DNA of 63,528 bases, the filler included, from Vannella sp. (Eukaryota), in the NCBI GenBank assembly GCA_023345925.1. It is 7 parts of 7 records of this genome, joined end to end, with 100 filler letters (N's around TTAATTAATTAA, not from the genome) between each part and the next. Parts side by side here need not be neighbours in the genome. Positions count along the whole stretch, not along the records: positions 1 to 7,841 come from JAJQQN010000104.1; positions 7,942 to 15,431 come from JAJQQN010000212.1; 5 more parts are not named here. One strand, given 5' to 3'. The notes under the pieces were generated by a model. The model was not told where the DNA came from and did not search any database. It saw only the letters and a program-made list of their open reading frames with translations. This document shows, piece after piece, positions 1-11,506 of this stretch; within the stretch, counting starts at the first letter, position 1; each line of letters starts with the position of its first letter. The position numbers and the translations under genes were made by a program.

Positions 1-1081
1 TCCACAACACGCTTAGTACTCTAAAAAAAAGAACACGCAGCATCAACTTTTCTGTCGTTCGAAGACGTTTATTCACGTCTCCTTTGCTTTGGTGTAAGGG
101 CAATCCTTACCATTGACATCTTACACTACATACTCACGTGCTACAGCAAAAGACATGTTGAGAGGGTCAACAGGGAGGATCATCTTGCGGCAGAGATGTA
201 CCTCCGAGGCGCTCTCACGATGCTTTAGCTGTACTGTACTATGAACATCCACAAATGTTCACCAGTTGAGTGAGGGCAACTTGTCTTTCATCGTCGTGGC
301 AAAATGCTCCAACTGCCAACAACGATAGCTATAATAGGTATGATAGCTAGCCATTATTGCGCTTGCAATGATAGCTATAACTAGCTATAACCCCATTTTC
401 GATTATAATCACATAATAATCAAAGAAAAGTTCCCAAATTGGGACTATAGCTATAAGTTTTTTCCATTTATGGGCACTAGCTATGTTTCCCAACCATTAA
501 TGATTTTCATGCATCGATAGCTATGCTAGCTAGTATAGCTATGATAGAGTGGCCACGTAATGGCCTCTTTGGTCTTCTATGACGTGTTCTTTATGATGTA
601 AGGTGTGAAAGGTATGCGCATGAGGACAACAACCTTCATCCTCTCAGCAGGTCCTTAGATGCCTGAGACGAAAGAAGGTGAGATGGTGATCGTCTTCGTA
701 GGAGCTGGAGAGCGAATGATAGATGATCATCTCCACTTGCTTAAGCATCAAGTTGTCATTGGATGTTGGTTATGGAGAGCCCAAGACACCTCCTTGATAA
801 CAACCCTGTTCGTGGTGACTAGGCCGCAGAGGAGTTGCTGTAGTGATGAAGCTCATGGCTCTCCGCTTGCCTGCCCCAAGATGGAGAGAGAATGGATAAA
901 CACCAATGAATTTAGCTATTTTATTAAGAATATTTATAAAGACGGGATCTCTATTAAGACAATGTGCCATCAAAAATCATAATCTTGTGATAATGGCCAT
1001 TTTACCGTTGGTCCCTCCATTTTCCCACACACCCCTGACTCATCAAGAACGTAGGAAAAGAGAGATCAGATGAGCTTCACA

Positions 1082-1113
1082 AGATGAGATGAGATGAGAT
1101 GAGATGAGATGAG
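1082..1113. repeat. (AGATG)6 microsatellite
   Basis: Six perfect tandem AGATG units read directly. Confidence 0.95.
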
Positions 1114-1481
1114 CTTCAGACTTTCCTCGAACGCTTTCTTACACTTGCTTGCTGCGTGATGAGTAGTTCAGCTCTTCATACCAGGGCTAGAATACATCAA
1201 GAAGAGTAAAGGGCCCTCCAAAGGAACAGGAACATGCAAGTTTTACGGGTGTTCGATAGTGTTGCTGTCCGAGAAACTTCGATCACCTCTTTGCACTTGT
1301 ACAACTGTTGGTCGACTGGGGTTCCCTTTTACTGTTCGGCCAACAACAAAGACTTATCGAAAGTTTGGGAAGACAAAGCCTACTTGGCAAGCTTTCGGAC
1401 ATAAAAGGCAGAAATGTGTCCTATTAAAGAGATAATCGTATCAAAACAGGGCCAAGAGATTCCTTTCTTGGTCTGAGTGGG

Positions 1482-1489
1482 TATATAAA
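1482..1489 (+). promoter_or_regulatory. Putative TATA box of LRR gene A
   Basis: TATATAAA about 40 nt upstream of the ATG at 1529. Confidence 0.5.
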
Positions 1490-1528
1490 GACAGGTTGCT
1501 CTTTTTCTACCCAACTTGCTTTCTCCTC

Positions 1529-4500
1529 ATGCTTTGGCACGTGTTCTTGCTTGCCTTTGTGGCTGGAGTGTTCGCCATTCCTCCGGAGCAGAGGGACTCT
1601 CTCGCTGCTCTTTATGGTTCTACGAATGGGAACTTCTGGTTCACTAAGTGGAACATCTCTTCTGATCCATGCACTGATGGCTGGTTTGGAGTGCTTTGCG
1701 ATGCCTCTAAGAACGTCACCGACATCTCTCTGAGCGGCAACAACTTGACTGGTATTCTTCCGGACTTGCGACTTCCAGCGCTGACCAACTTGTAAGTTCC
1801 TCCCTTCCTTCCTTGAACATGATGATTGCTGACCACATTGGCAGGGTTTTGTCAAGTAATTTGATCTCTGGCGATATTCCTGAATGGCCCTATCTGTCCC
1901 AGCTGAAGAAGCTGTAAGTACATGGCCAACTAGACATTTGTGTCCTCTAACGGTTGAGAAGATCCTTGGATGGCAACCTTCTGAACGGAAGTCTTCCGGA
2001 ATGGAACAATATGGCCAATCTTCAAAGTCTGTGAGTTGTGAGAGCTTTAGTTAGTGGCTTCCGCTTATGCACGCTAGTAATCTGTTCAACAACCGTATCA
2101 ATGGAACTCTCCCTCAGTGGTTCAACCTGAGCAAACTCCAGACACTGCAAGTGCCCTGTGTTCTAGATCCCCCAATACACCGACTAACGACGCTATGGAT
2201 AGGTCTCTCAACAACAATAAGATCTACGGGGCTCTTCCCGAATGGCCATCAATGACTCGCTTAACGTCAATGTAAGTGTTTGGTGTCTATTCAAAACCAA
2301 TACTAAGATGATTAAAGGTTCCTGATCTCAAACGCTCTCTCCGGAACTCTGCCCCAATGGAACAACCTCAACAGTGCTCGTGACATGTACGTTATCCCGT
2401 GTGGCAAAAGTGGGCACTCACACCGCCTATAGTTATCTCAACGATAACAAATTGATCGGTGGAATGCCGGATTGGCTTGGTCTATGGTCCCTTCAGATCT
2501 TGTACTTCTGTCTCTGGAGAAATTCCACGTGGTTGCTAATTTGATGAATAGGTACCTGAGTTCAAACTCTCTTAATGGGACTTGTTCAAACTTCAGCAAC
2601 AGTACCCGCCTTGTACATATGTAATCAACTACTACCTCTTGTTTCGTGATACTTATCCCGGTTCCTCAGATCCTGTTCAAGAAATCAGCTCTCAGGAACT
2701 CTTCCCGAATTTTCCAACTCGGTTCGGCTTAATACCATGTAAGTGTTGTGGATGATTCCATTTGCAAACTCACAGTACCCTGATAGAGATCTTGCGCTGA
2801 ACCAGTTGACCGGTAGCGTTCCAGAATGGTCTCATTTGAGAGAAATGAGAGATATGTAAGGATTCAAGATCGACAAAGTATGTATGTTTTAACAATGAAT
2901 TTCAGATACTTGTATGCCAACAAGCTCACTGGGACTCTTCCCCAATGGTTCAATATGTCCAAATTATCCACTCTGTAAGACTATCTCATTTAACGTGCCA
3001 GCATCACAGCTAACAGTTGAACAACAAGTTTGTTGTACAGCAACGGAATCAATGGCACTTTACCTGAATGGTCCTCTCTGATTAATCTGTTTGACATGTG
3101 AGCAGCTTAGAAATGGCCATAACATTCTAATGTCTGCAGGACTTTGGGTAACAATGCAATCACTGGTACCCTCCCTAAATGGCTAAATCTCACAATGCTG
3201 AACAAGCTGTAAGACACTTGCATGCCTCCTGCTTGTCGCTGACTATTTTAAGAAACTTGTTCGGGAATCTGATCACTGGAAACTTACCTGAGTGGCCCAC
3301 TATGGAGAAACTGACTTCTTTGTAAGGAAGAAACATACGCTGCTCTCAGTTCATCAGCAAAAATGGATTTCTAACTGAATGATAGAGACATCAGTAGGAA
3401 TAACTTGATCGGTACTCTTCCCCAATGGCTTAAGCTGTCGAAGTTGACAACTTTGTATGTTCACTCTTGATAGCTTCTCATCTTACCCTTCTTCATGTAG
3501 ATTGTTGCCTGCAAATCAAATTACTGGAACTCTTCCAGACTGGTCCAATTTAACCATGTTGGGCACTCTGTAAGTTAATACCTAATTGTCCAACTCGTTG
3601 ATTCTGAAACGGTGAACGCAAGAGACTTGGTTAACAACAACATTAATGGAACTTTGCCTGAATGGTCCCAATTAGGTCAATTAACGTCTATGTGAGCCGC
3701 CATTTTCGTTGGTTTTATTGTGCTTACCCCATACAGGAGACTGAATTTGAACAAAATCTCCGGAAGTATCCCTGCATGGGAATCTTTGACAAAGTTAAAA
3801 GTCATGTAAGTTATCAATCCCTTGTTCTTTCCATGGCTAATTGGAGAAAGTGTTTTGAGTTCGAATATCTTAACAGGCACTATTCCTGAGTTTACACTGC
3901 AAAGCAAACTGATCGATTTGTAAGTAGTTCACGGTAGACCCGGTCTCACCAAGGCATGAGTGATTCGTTCTCCTTCTGATTGAGATTGAACAGAACATTG
4001 AGCAGTAACAGACTGAATGGGACACTACCCGCTTTGCTCAATTTAAGTTCACTAACAACACTGTAAGAACTCCATTTATGAAGACTCCAAGTTGGTTAAC
4101 GGTAATCCAGTTCTGTCGCAAACAACTTCCTTTCTGGAACCATTCCACCTTGGAAAGACTTGAAATCCCTTGGAAACGCTCTCTTAGGTGGAACTAACCG
4201 ATTTTGTGGATCATTACCTCCATTTCAAGGTCCGGGGCTATGTGATGTGACAAATCAGACTTTTATTTGCCCCATCCCGCCGAAATACAAGAATGCCAAT
4301 GGTTGCAATAACTCCACAGGTAGTTGTACTTTAGTGACTGGTACAAGCACTCGAACACCTTCTGGGAGTCCGAGTATCACAACTTCTCCTTCCCGCAGTG
4401 GAACCCCTTCTTCCACTCCGACTTGCTCGGGAACTGGTTCTGTGACAAACTCGCCTTCCTTGATTGTCTCTGAGACAAACTCGCCTTCCTTGAGTGCATC

Positions 4501-7500
4501 TTCTACGGAGACATCTTCAACGACCGTCTCTCGTACTGAAACACCTTCCTCATCCGCTACTTCCACAATGACTCCGAGTGTATCTGTAAGCGCATCGTCC
4601 ACCACCTCTACGAGTAAATCTGTGAGTGGATCAGCCACAGAAACCTCTTCTCCGAGTGTTTCTGTTAGTCCGTCGTCCACAGGAACAATCTCTCCTACAG
4701 AATCTGGTAGCGAGTCAGCCACAAGAACACCCTCCTCGAGTAAATCTGGAAGTGCATCAGCCACAGAAACCTCCTCCTCGAGTGAAACTGTGAGCACGTC
4801 GACTACAAGAACTCCAACTGCGAGTGAATCTGTGAGCGCGTCAGCCACGAGGACAACCTCCTTGAGTGTATCTGTGAGCGCGTCAGCCACGAGAACAACA
4901 TCCTTGAGTGTATCTGTGAGCGCGTCAGCCATGAGAACAACATCCTTGAGTGTATCTGTGAGCGCGTCAGCCACGAGGACAACATCCTTGAGTGTATCTG
5001 TGAGCACGTCAGCCACGAAAACAACCTACTCGAGTAAATCTGCGAGCGCGTCACCCACAAGAACGCCATCCTCGAGTGTTTCTGTGAGCTTGTCACCCAC
5101 AAGAACCCCATCCTCGGGTGTTTCTGTGAGCGCATCGCCTACAAGAACCTCCTCTTTGAGTACATCTCCAAACCAAACGAAAACAAGTTCTGTTAGTGGA
5201 TTTGAAACAAGAACCTCTTCCTTGAGCGGATCCTCCACGCAAACCCTATCTAGGAGCATTTCGCAAATTGAGTCGCTTTCAAGGAGTGTGTCAACCTCAA
5301 CCTCGCCTTCAAAGAGTATTAATAGGGCATTGCCTGCAACCATGAGTCTATCCCCGTTAGTTACCCGTACGGCGACTGTTTCCACCTCGGTCACACCTTC
5401 TGTTTCAACAAGCCGAAGCATGCTCAAGAGCGGTTCGGTTTCCGAAAGCGTCTCTAGATCACTGAGTGTCAGGAGCGGATTCAACTCTTCGTTCTCAACC
5501 AGCACCACAACTTCTCCCACCAGGTCGTCAGGGGGTTCCCGCTCTCCATCTCCCACAAAGACGACATTCTCTTCTCGAAGAGTGAATGCGTTGGGCGGGC
5601 CTTCAGACATTATCAATCCTGGCGTTGGAGAGTTCTATGCTGACTATAAAGGAGGCTCGATCCCCTGCACCCGCCAAAACGACACTCAAGGGAGCACCAG
5701 ACTTCACTTTCAATGCGACCGTGCTGCTCTCCAGCCGAACATTGTTGAAGTTCAAGTGGATGATTGTTTCCTCGATGTCTACCTTGCAACCAGCTTGGCA
5801 TGTCCCTCAACGTGCCAGTTTGTGGAAAAAGGATATCTGTATGACTTTGAACCGTTGAGGCTCCCTGCAAGGGGAAAGTACACTTACAGTGCAGCTGGAT
5901 GGAACTATGAGTTCAACCTTTGTGGGCCAGCCAGTCTCACAACGTGTGGTCCCAACGTTGCAGTCTGCAAGTCTAACTCCCTACAGAAGATCGTCATCGG
6001 TCGGACCCTTTTGGAAGTCTCCCGCCAAGTCCCTGGACAGTACGTTGTGCAGTACTCTGATGGAGCTTCTTGCCAGGGAGGATTCAGCAGAACCGAGATA
6101 CTTATCGGGTGTGATGAATCAGCGGCTTCTCTTGTGGTCACAGGCGTGACTCAAATGGATGCTTGCCGTACCCAAATCCGCGCTCGCTCCAGGAAGGCTT
6201 GCCAGTCTAACGCGTTGGTGTACAAGTCTCTCGTTCGAAGAGATCTGGCAGCGTTGGAACCCACATTTACAGAGGTTGGTAAGCCTGAAATCCTTCCTGA
6301 GCAGGGAATGTATCAAGTACACATGGTGGTCAGCGGCCTACGAGGATTTCGTTCTACTGACTTCCTGACGATTGAGATTTCTGGTGAGGACTTGGTTCTG
6401 ACGTCTCTTGGATTCAACGAGTCTCGGCCAATTCCATCAGACTTTGCGAAAAACTTCACAGAAAGTTCTGGTCCTGTCCCTAAGCTGATTATCACAGTTG
6501 ATGCGACGGTGCTTGAGTCTGAAGAGTACGTTTTTCTAGAGTTTAGTGGGAGTGGCTCGCCTAGGATTATTTCTTTTGTGGCGTCAAGTATCCTACATAC
6601 ACTCTCTACTGAGATTCAGGTGAATACGTTGTCTTCGGAAGTTCTCTTCTCCTCTGGAATCCAGACCTTCACTCCCCGTCTCTTGTATCTTTGTGATTCC
6701 TCTGCCGGAGATCCTGATGTGTTCTTCTCCTTCATGGGGGATCAATTTGACAGTGCAATCAACGAGGGATCTTCTGAGGCAGGAATTGTTACGATTCCCG
6801 GTTGGGACTTTGGTGCCGTCATTCAAATGGACATCACCGCGGCTGGACTGGATACAGTGGACAACTGTTCATGTGCTGTGCACCCTCTTCTGTACGCTGT
6901 GGGTCCATTGGAAGCTCGGTCTGACCTGAAAGACATCTTTTACCAGTTATCGATCAATGGCGATATTGACCAGTTAAAGCTGACTACTGAGCCTGGATCA
7001 ACGCTAGAGCTATTTTTCATTCAGTCTCCGGACGAGTTAGCGTCGGAATCTCCTTTGGCCTCTGGCACAACAATCCTACTGGAGATGAGCTCGGTCAATC
7101 GAACGGATCTTTCTATTGTGAGAGCGCGGGGTCCATCAAGAGACTTCAATATTACTGCCATGACTAGACTATCTCGAGATTCTGGAAGGTCCAACACAGT
7201 CCGCTTTAATGAGGAATTAGAAAGCCAGGATCTGCGCTATCTCTGGCACTACGATCTTTCCATCAACTTTGAAGCAAATTCTTCTCTCACAATCATCATT
7301 CTAACGAGCCTCATCGAAGACATAAGCATTCAACTCACGAATGGTTTGCAGTTCGCTTGCATCAATGAAACGAACGCGGATGGGAGCTGCGAAATAGTGA
7401 TTCACTCCTCATCTTTGAGAGGTTTATCGTTCATTGAATTCGCCGTTCAAATCGCACAGCCACAGCCCAACAGTGTCTACAACTTAATGGTTATGGTCAG

Positions 7501-7841
7501 TGAAGTCACTCCAGTCAGGGACAACGTTGTCAATGGAATTGCAGACGGGAAAGGGCTCATCAAATATGTGTATCATGTGCCCGAGGACTTTATCGGGTTT
7601 GGAGTCACCATTTCTCCGGTAGTCGACGGCTCTTCTCAGTTTTTCGTTTACAACAGACGTTCGGAGGAAAACTTTGGCACCAGTGACAATGTTACCTCGT
7701 TCGCTCTTGGAGCAAATGCAGGTGATGTGTTTGAGATTGAGGTGGAAAACTACGACGCCGGGAGCCTCTTCTCCTTCCAATTGGGCTTCATGGAGTATCC
7801 GCCAATCCTCCGCATCACCAGTCCAACGGATGATATCTCCC
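1529..7841 (+). CDS. LRR gene A: signal peptide, LRRNT cap, ~21 LRRs (19 internal 69-nt exons), Cys cap, Ser/Thr mucin stalk, MRH (M6P-receptor homology) domains and an unassigned beta-rich region; 3'-truncated by contig end
   Basis: Exon 1 1529-1791 (MLWHVFLLAF..WNISSDPCTDGWFGVLC..LSGNNLTGILP). 69-nt exons start at 1845, 1962, 2078, 2203, 2318, 2433, 2552, 2670, 2787, 2906, 3029, 3140, 3253, 3386, 3501, 3623, 3737, 3851, 3994. Last exon runs from 4111 in frame with ORF 4160-7897. All introns GT-AG except one GC-AG. MRH motifs YDFEPL..YEFNLCG..C..VAVC..YSDGASC..C..ACR..SRKAC. Confidence 0.9.
4820..5160 (+). repeat. 42-bp coding minisatellite (14-aa unit SVSVSASATRTTSL) in the stalk of LRR gene A
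   Basis: Repeated unit gagtgtatctgtgagcgcgtcagccacgagaacaacatcctt; about 4-5 near-identical copies, with more degenerate flanking copies back to ~4570. Confidence 0.9.
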
Positions 7842-7941
7842 NNNNNNNNNNNNNNNNNNNNNNNNNNNNNNNNNNNNNNNNNNNNTTAATTAATTAANNN
7901 NNNNNNNNNNNNNNNNNNNNNNNNNNNNNNNNNNNNNNNNN
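7842..7941. other. Artificial contig spacer
   Basis: N44 + TTAATTAATTAA (stops in six frames) + N44. Confidence 0.99.
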
Positions 7942-8903
7942 GTCGTCTCCTTGAATGGTGATACAATCCCGCAGGCTTCTTCCTCTCTCAGTTCCACTTC
8001 ATCTTCCCCCGTGAGCGAGACAATGACAGTAGCCGCCAACTCTCCTTCAAGTTCCAGCGTTAACACTCTTAGTGGGTCGACAACACCCTCCCCCTCACTA
8101 CTCCTCTACCAGAAGCCAGCAAATCGCCAAGTCTTTCCAGCCCAAATTCTTCGGGAGAGCCCAATCTACAAAGTGACTCGCCGTCAATCATTCTGTTTGC
8201 CACGCCCGCTTTATCCATCACTCCTTCCGTTCTCTCTGTGGTCGTCTATCCCTCGAATCTTACTAACAGATTGGTGGAGCTATCTGTCAATCCTGGAGAG
8301 GGAGTGGTGGGAGCCCTCTTTGTCCCTACTTCGTTGAGCAATCAGGCAAACACCACTTTAATAACTTCCTACTCCAGTGGTGCCATAAGCGACCCCTTAG
8401 GTCAAGAGTTGGCCAGTGCTATCTTGAATATCACCCTTTCAGACGGCCAAGGCAAACCCATCCTCCAATTGGACTCGCCATTAACTATCTGTTTGGCCTC
8501 TCCCAACACCACCAAGAAAGGAAAGACGATTTGCCTGGGCTTTTATGACGAGCCAAAAGGCAAATGGAGATGTGAAGATGAGTGTCTCACTACTATTGCA
8601 ACCGACAAAGGAACCAACGCTTCCAGTGTTGGAGAGAACGGCAACCTTTTGTGCGGTCAAACTGGCCATCTCACTGACTTTGCCCTTCTCTTGACGGGGA
8701 AGGAAAATGGAGGAGACCCATGCCAATCGAATAGCCAGGACAATACCTTGGCTTGGCTTTCCCTAGGAATGGTAGCGGGAGCTCTCCTAGTAGTAGCTCT
8801 TTGTGCATTAGTGATTGAAACACACTTCCGATGGAGAGTGCACCGCAAAGCTGCATTGATCAGTAAGCATTCCCAATCCCAGTCCCAGAAAACTCACTCT
8901 TAG
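7942..8903 (+). CDS. 3' fragment of another stalk-GPS(GAIN)-single-TM receptor (paralog of LRR genes B/C)
   Basis: Ser-rich stalk, then QLDSPLTICL..CLGFYDEPKGKWRCEDECL..LLCGQTGHLTDFALLL, TM (LAWLSLGMVAGALLVVALCALVI) and short basic tail, all aligning with ORF 36172-37791. A frame change near 8070-8110 could be a 41-nt GT-AG intron (8072-8112) or a frameshift. Confidence 0.8.
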
Positions 8904-9214
8904 GGTTTAACAGAACACATTTGCACTCAATAGATCCCTTTCCATTCATATGTTACCCATAAAGTTAAGCAACGAAGAAGAGGTCCATCGGAAGGACAAA
9001 TTGCCATGGTCCTTCTCACTATTGGCTCTTGAAGGCGATCATTGAACGGCTGGAGCTACTATTATGCTCACTGCTTTATCAAAGAGCACATTCTTGAGCA
9101 ACGCCAAGGGGAGGACTGGGAGTTGGCGTCAACGAATGAGAGCCAAACGCATTCAGTATTGTTGGCAGAGAATGAATGAAATCGGGATATCTTAACTTAA
9201 TAGAGAGCTACTGA

Positions 9215-10570
9215 CTAAGAACTAGGGGGTGGCATCTCTTGCGCACAGCCGGTAAGTTTTTCGTGAATAAGGCTTTGAAGAGTTTCGGTGGAGCAGTCCC
9301 AAGTGTAAGGAACTTCGACCAAGATGATGCGATTCTCTGCACAGAAAGTCCTTTTGGTTCTATCACGTTCTTGGTACATCTCCAGTGACCCAAAAGAAGG
9401 GATCTCGCGGAAATGGTGTTCTCCTTGGAACTCGAATGCAATCATTTGACTTGGCACAAACACGTCAAATTCCACACTACGCCTCTCTGAAGTGGAATAG
9501 AGATATTCTTCAATCACATCAGTTTCAGGATAAAGCTTTTGAACCAGGGTGACGAGCCACTTTTGTTCTGATCGTTTGTTTGACCTACTCAAGCGTGATG
9601 CGTCCCACGGATGACCAGGATAAACTTCACTGAGTAGTTTCACCAGTCTCCTATACTTGGGTACAAGTCCACCTCCCCCAGCAAGACGAATTTGAATCCA
9701 GGAAACGCGATACCATTCTTCCAAGTCGGAGAGGTGATGGGTCTCTTCAAAGTACTTGACAAAGTCTCTCACATTTGACAGTGAATTCCAGTATCCGGAA
9801 GGCACTCTGCCTTTACGATAGAGGCGCCAATCATGCTCTGGATAGACACTCTTCAGTAGAGCAAAGAATGACTCGTATCTCCCCAACAAGCTCCCTGCGC
9901 CATTCTTTTGAAGTTGCTGATGTGTAACGTCCCGCCAATCTTCAAGAGCAGTTATTCCTAATCGTCTACCAAGTTTCTCCATAAATTGGCGCCGGTTCTC
10001 GTGGCTTTCCCAGTAGTGGTGAGGCACCTTCAATCGCTCATCAATACACCACATCTCATCCGGATACAAAGACGCTAAAAAGTTGGCTTTGCCTCCGTGA
10101 TGAGCGAGGACTGAAGCTCCTCCAGGAAACTGTCGAATAGACTTTTCAGGAATGTTGTTCCAATCTTGTGCCTTTTCGACATTCAAGGAAGCCTTCAGGG
10201 TTTCAAACCATTTTTGAACGTTTTGGGGGTTCTTCCAATAGTGGCGAGGGACTTGCCCACGCCTGAACACGTCCCAAGTCTTTTCAGGGTATAAGTCCTC
10301 CAGCATGGCAAAGAAGCTGGGGTAGAGGCGAAGTAGTCTACTCCCACCTGCACTAGAAACTGACTGAGGAGATACCGCATACCAGTCATCCAACGAGGTG
10401 TGTCCCAAATCCAACGCCATTTGGTCCAAGAACTGCCTACTCGTTTCTTTCGTCCATCTCCTATGAAACTTGACAGCTCCTTCTCGGCTTTCCAACGTAG
10501 ACCTCCATCTCACAAGGGCAAACACTCCCACTTCACCCCCACGCAAGATCACAGAAGGGACCCGCAACAT
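9215..10570 (-). CDS. Protein with four ~74-aa tandem repeats and a C-terminal PD-(D/E)xK-type (RAP/DUF559-like) nuclease-fold domain; possible mitochondrial presequence
   Basis: Repeat consensus VPxxYW...(N)xRxF...L.I....DW..V....I...GG..LL..Y.....L..LYP...W occurs four times. C-terminus EFDVFVPSQMIAFEFQGEHHF..ERDRTKRTFCAENRIILVEVPY. N-terminus MLRVPSVILRGG..VRWRST is Arg-rich and acid-poor. Confidence 0.75.
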   Translation of the reverse strand: MLRVPSVILRGGEVGVFALVRWRSTLESREGAVKFHRRWTKETSRQFLDQMALDLGHTSLDDWYAVSPQSVSSAGGSRLLRLYPSFFAMLEDLYPEKTWDVFRRGQVPRHYWKNPQNVQKWFETLKASLNVEKAQDWNNIPEKSIRQFPGGASVLAHHGGKANFLASLYPDEMWCIDERLKVPHHYWESHENRRQFMEKLGRRLGITALEDWRDVTHQQLQKNGAGSLLGRYESFFALLKSVYPEHDWRLYRKGRVPSGYWNSLSNVRDFVKYFEETHHLSDLEEWYRVSWIQIRLAGGGGLVPKYRRLVKLLSEVYPGHPWDASRLSRSNKRSEQKWLVTLVQKLYPETDVIEEYLYSTSERRSVEFDVFVPSQMIAFEFQGEHHFREIPSFGSLEMYQERDRTKRTFCAENRIILVEVPYTWDCSTETLQSLIHEKLTGCAQEMPPPSS

Positions 10571-11506
10571 CCCCACCTCCCTCCCAACAGAAAATGACCA
10601 AAATGCAAATCCTTCAGAATTCTTGCTAATTTATGAATGATTCGTAAGATTCCAATTCGCCATTTCTTTATGGGCTTCAAAGTGGTGAAATGGACACCCT
10701 CTGGTACGCAAGAAGGGGGTGAGCAGATGGATCAACTGAGCATATCAGTCGATAGAGTGGATTCGTATTAGTAGTTAGAGGAGATGGCACCCTGAGTCGT
10801 CTCTCTGACACCAAGATATGAGCTCGGCTGTTTAGGCGTGACAGTTTGCTCGAAAGCTATGGATCTACTGAATGACAAGTGCTAAACGAAAGCAAGGTTG
10901 ATCACTAAGTTGTTGGACTACCCCTCAACCAAACCGTTCCTCTTGATATCCTTTGGTGCACATGCCTGTTCAGCGATCGCTCGTCTTTTCGAGCGAATCT
11001 TCTTGAATCATGCATCTCAATGTCATTGGGATGGTGTAATCTTTACATGAAGCGTGTGCGAGTCTGGTAGAAACTCATGGGGGCTAGCAGAACAGGAGCG
11101 CAAACATCCTGAGGAGTCGCTCGATTGGCACAACCAGGACCTTCCCTGTCTGCCTGCCTCCTAAGCTCTAACAAGTCCTTTTACATGAGCTCTAACACCG
11201 TTGCAAAACGCATACCGTTGCAACATCAAACCAGCAGGGAAAGAGGGTTCGTTCCCTCCATTGACTATGAAACAGACCGAAAGCGGAGCAGAATAATGGA
11301 GCCTTCCGAGAACGAAAGACTGGAGCAACTTGCTCTTGAAGCCTTCAGAAAAAGGGAAAAGTCATGCTCAGAGTGGAAGAAGTTGTCCCAATTCTGGACT
11401 TCTGGAAAGAAGAAAAGGAAATAATCGCGCTCAAAGTGGAACAGTTTCTCCCAATTATAGAGCTTCTTCAGACTTTCTTGGCAGTGCTGTTCTTTCACTT
11501 TTTCTG

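Noticed and set aside
659..982. Small ORFs at 659-982, 11125-11424, 31145-31447, 38202-38510 and 49389-49619
   Set aside because: No recognisable motifs or supportable exon structure. Some may be fragments of real genes but cannot be called.
1792..4110. ~120-bp periodicity resembling a CRISPR repeat-spacer array
   Set aside because: The conserved units are protein-coding LRR exons with synonymous variation, and the spacers are GT-AG introns with branch-point-like motifs. No cas genes are present.
4255..5616. Long antisense ORFs (also 25132-25599, 29864-30631, 36522-36872, 16995-17573)
   Set aside because: Shadows of Ser/Thr/Gly-rich or codon-biased sense genes; no independent motifs.
7842..7941. 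Recurrent TTAATTAATTAA flanked by Ns; ORFs ending in XXX-LIN
   Set aside because: Identical synthetic 100-nt linker at six places. It is not biological, and adjacency across linkers carries no linkage information.
8072..8112. Programmed frameshift or pseudogene in the GPS fragment
   Set aside because: A 41-nt GTGGGT..CTCAC..CAG intron would restore the frame, so a frameshift cannot be claimed without transcripts.
7841..8903. Joining LRR gene A to the GPS-TM fragment across the gap as one gene
   Set aside because: They are on different contigs, and the fragment begins in a Ser-rich stalk that does not continue gene A's sequence.
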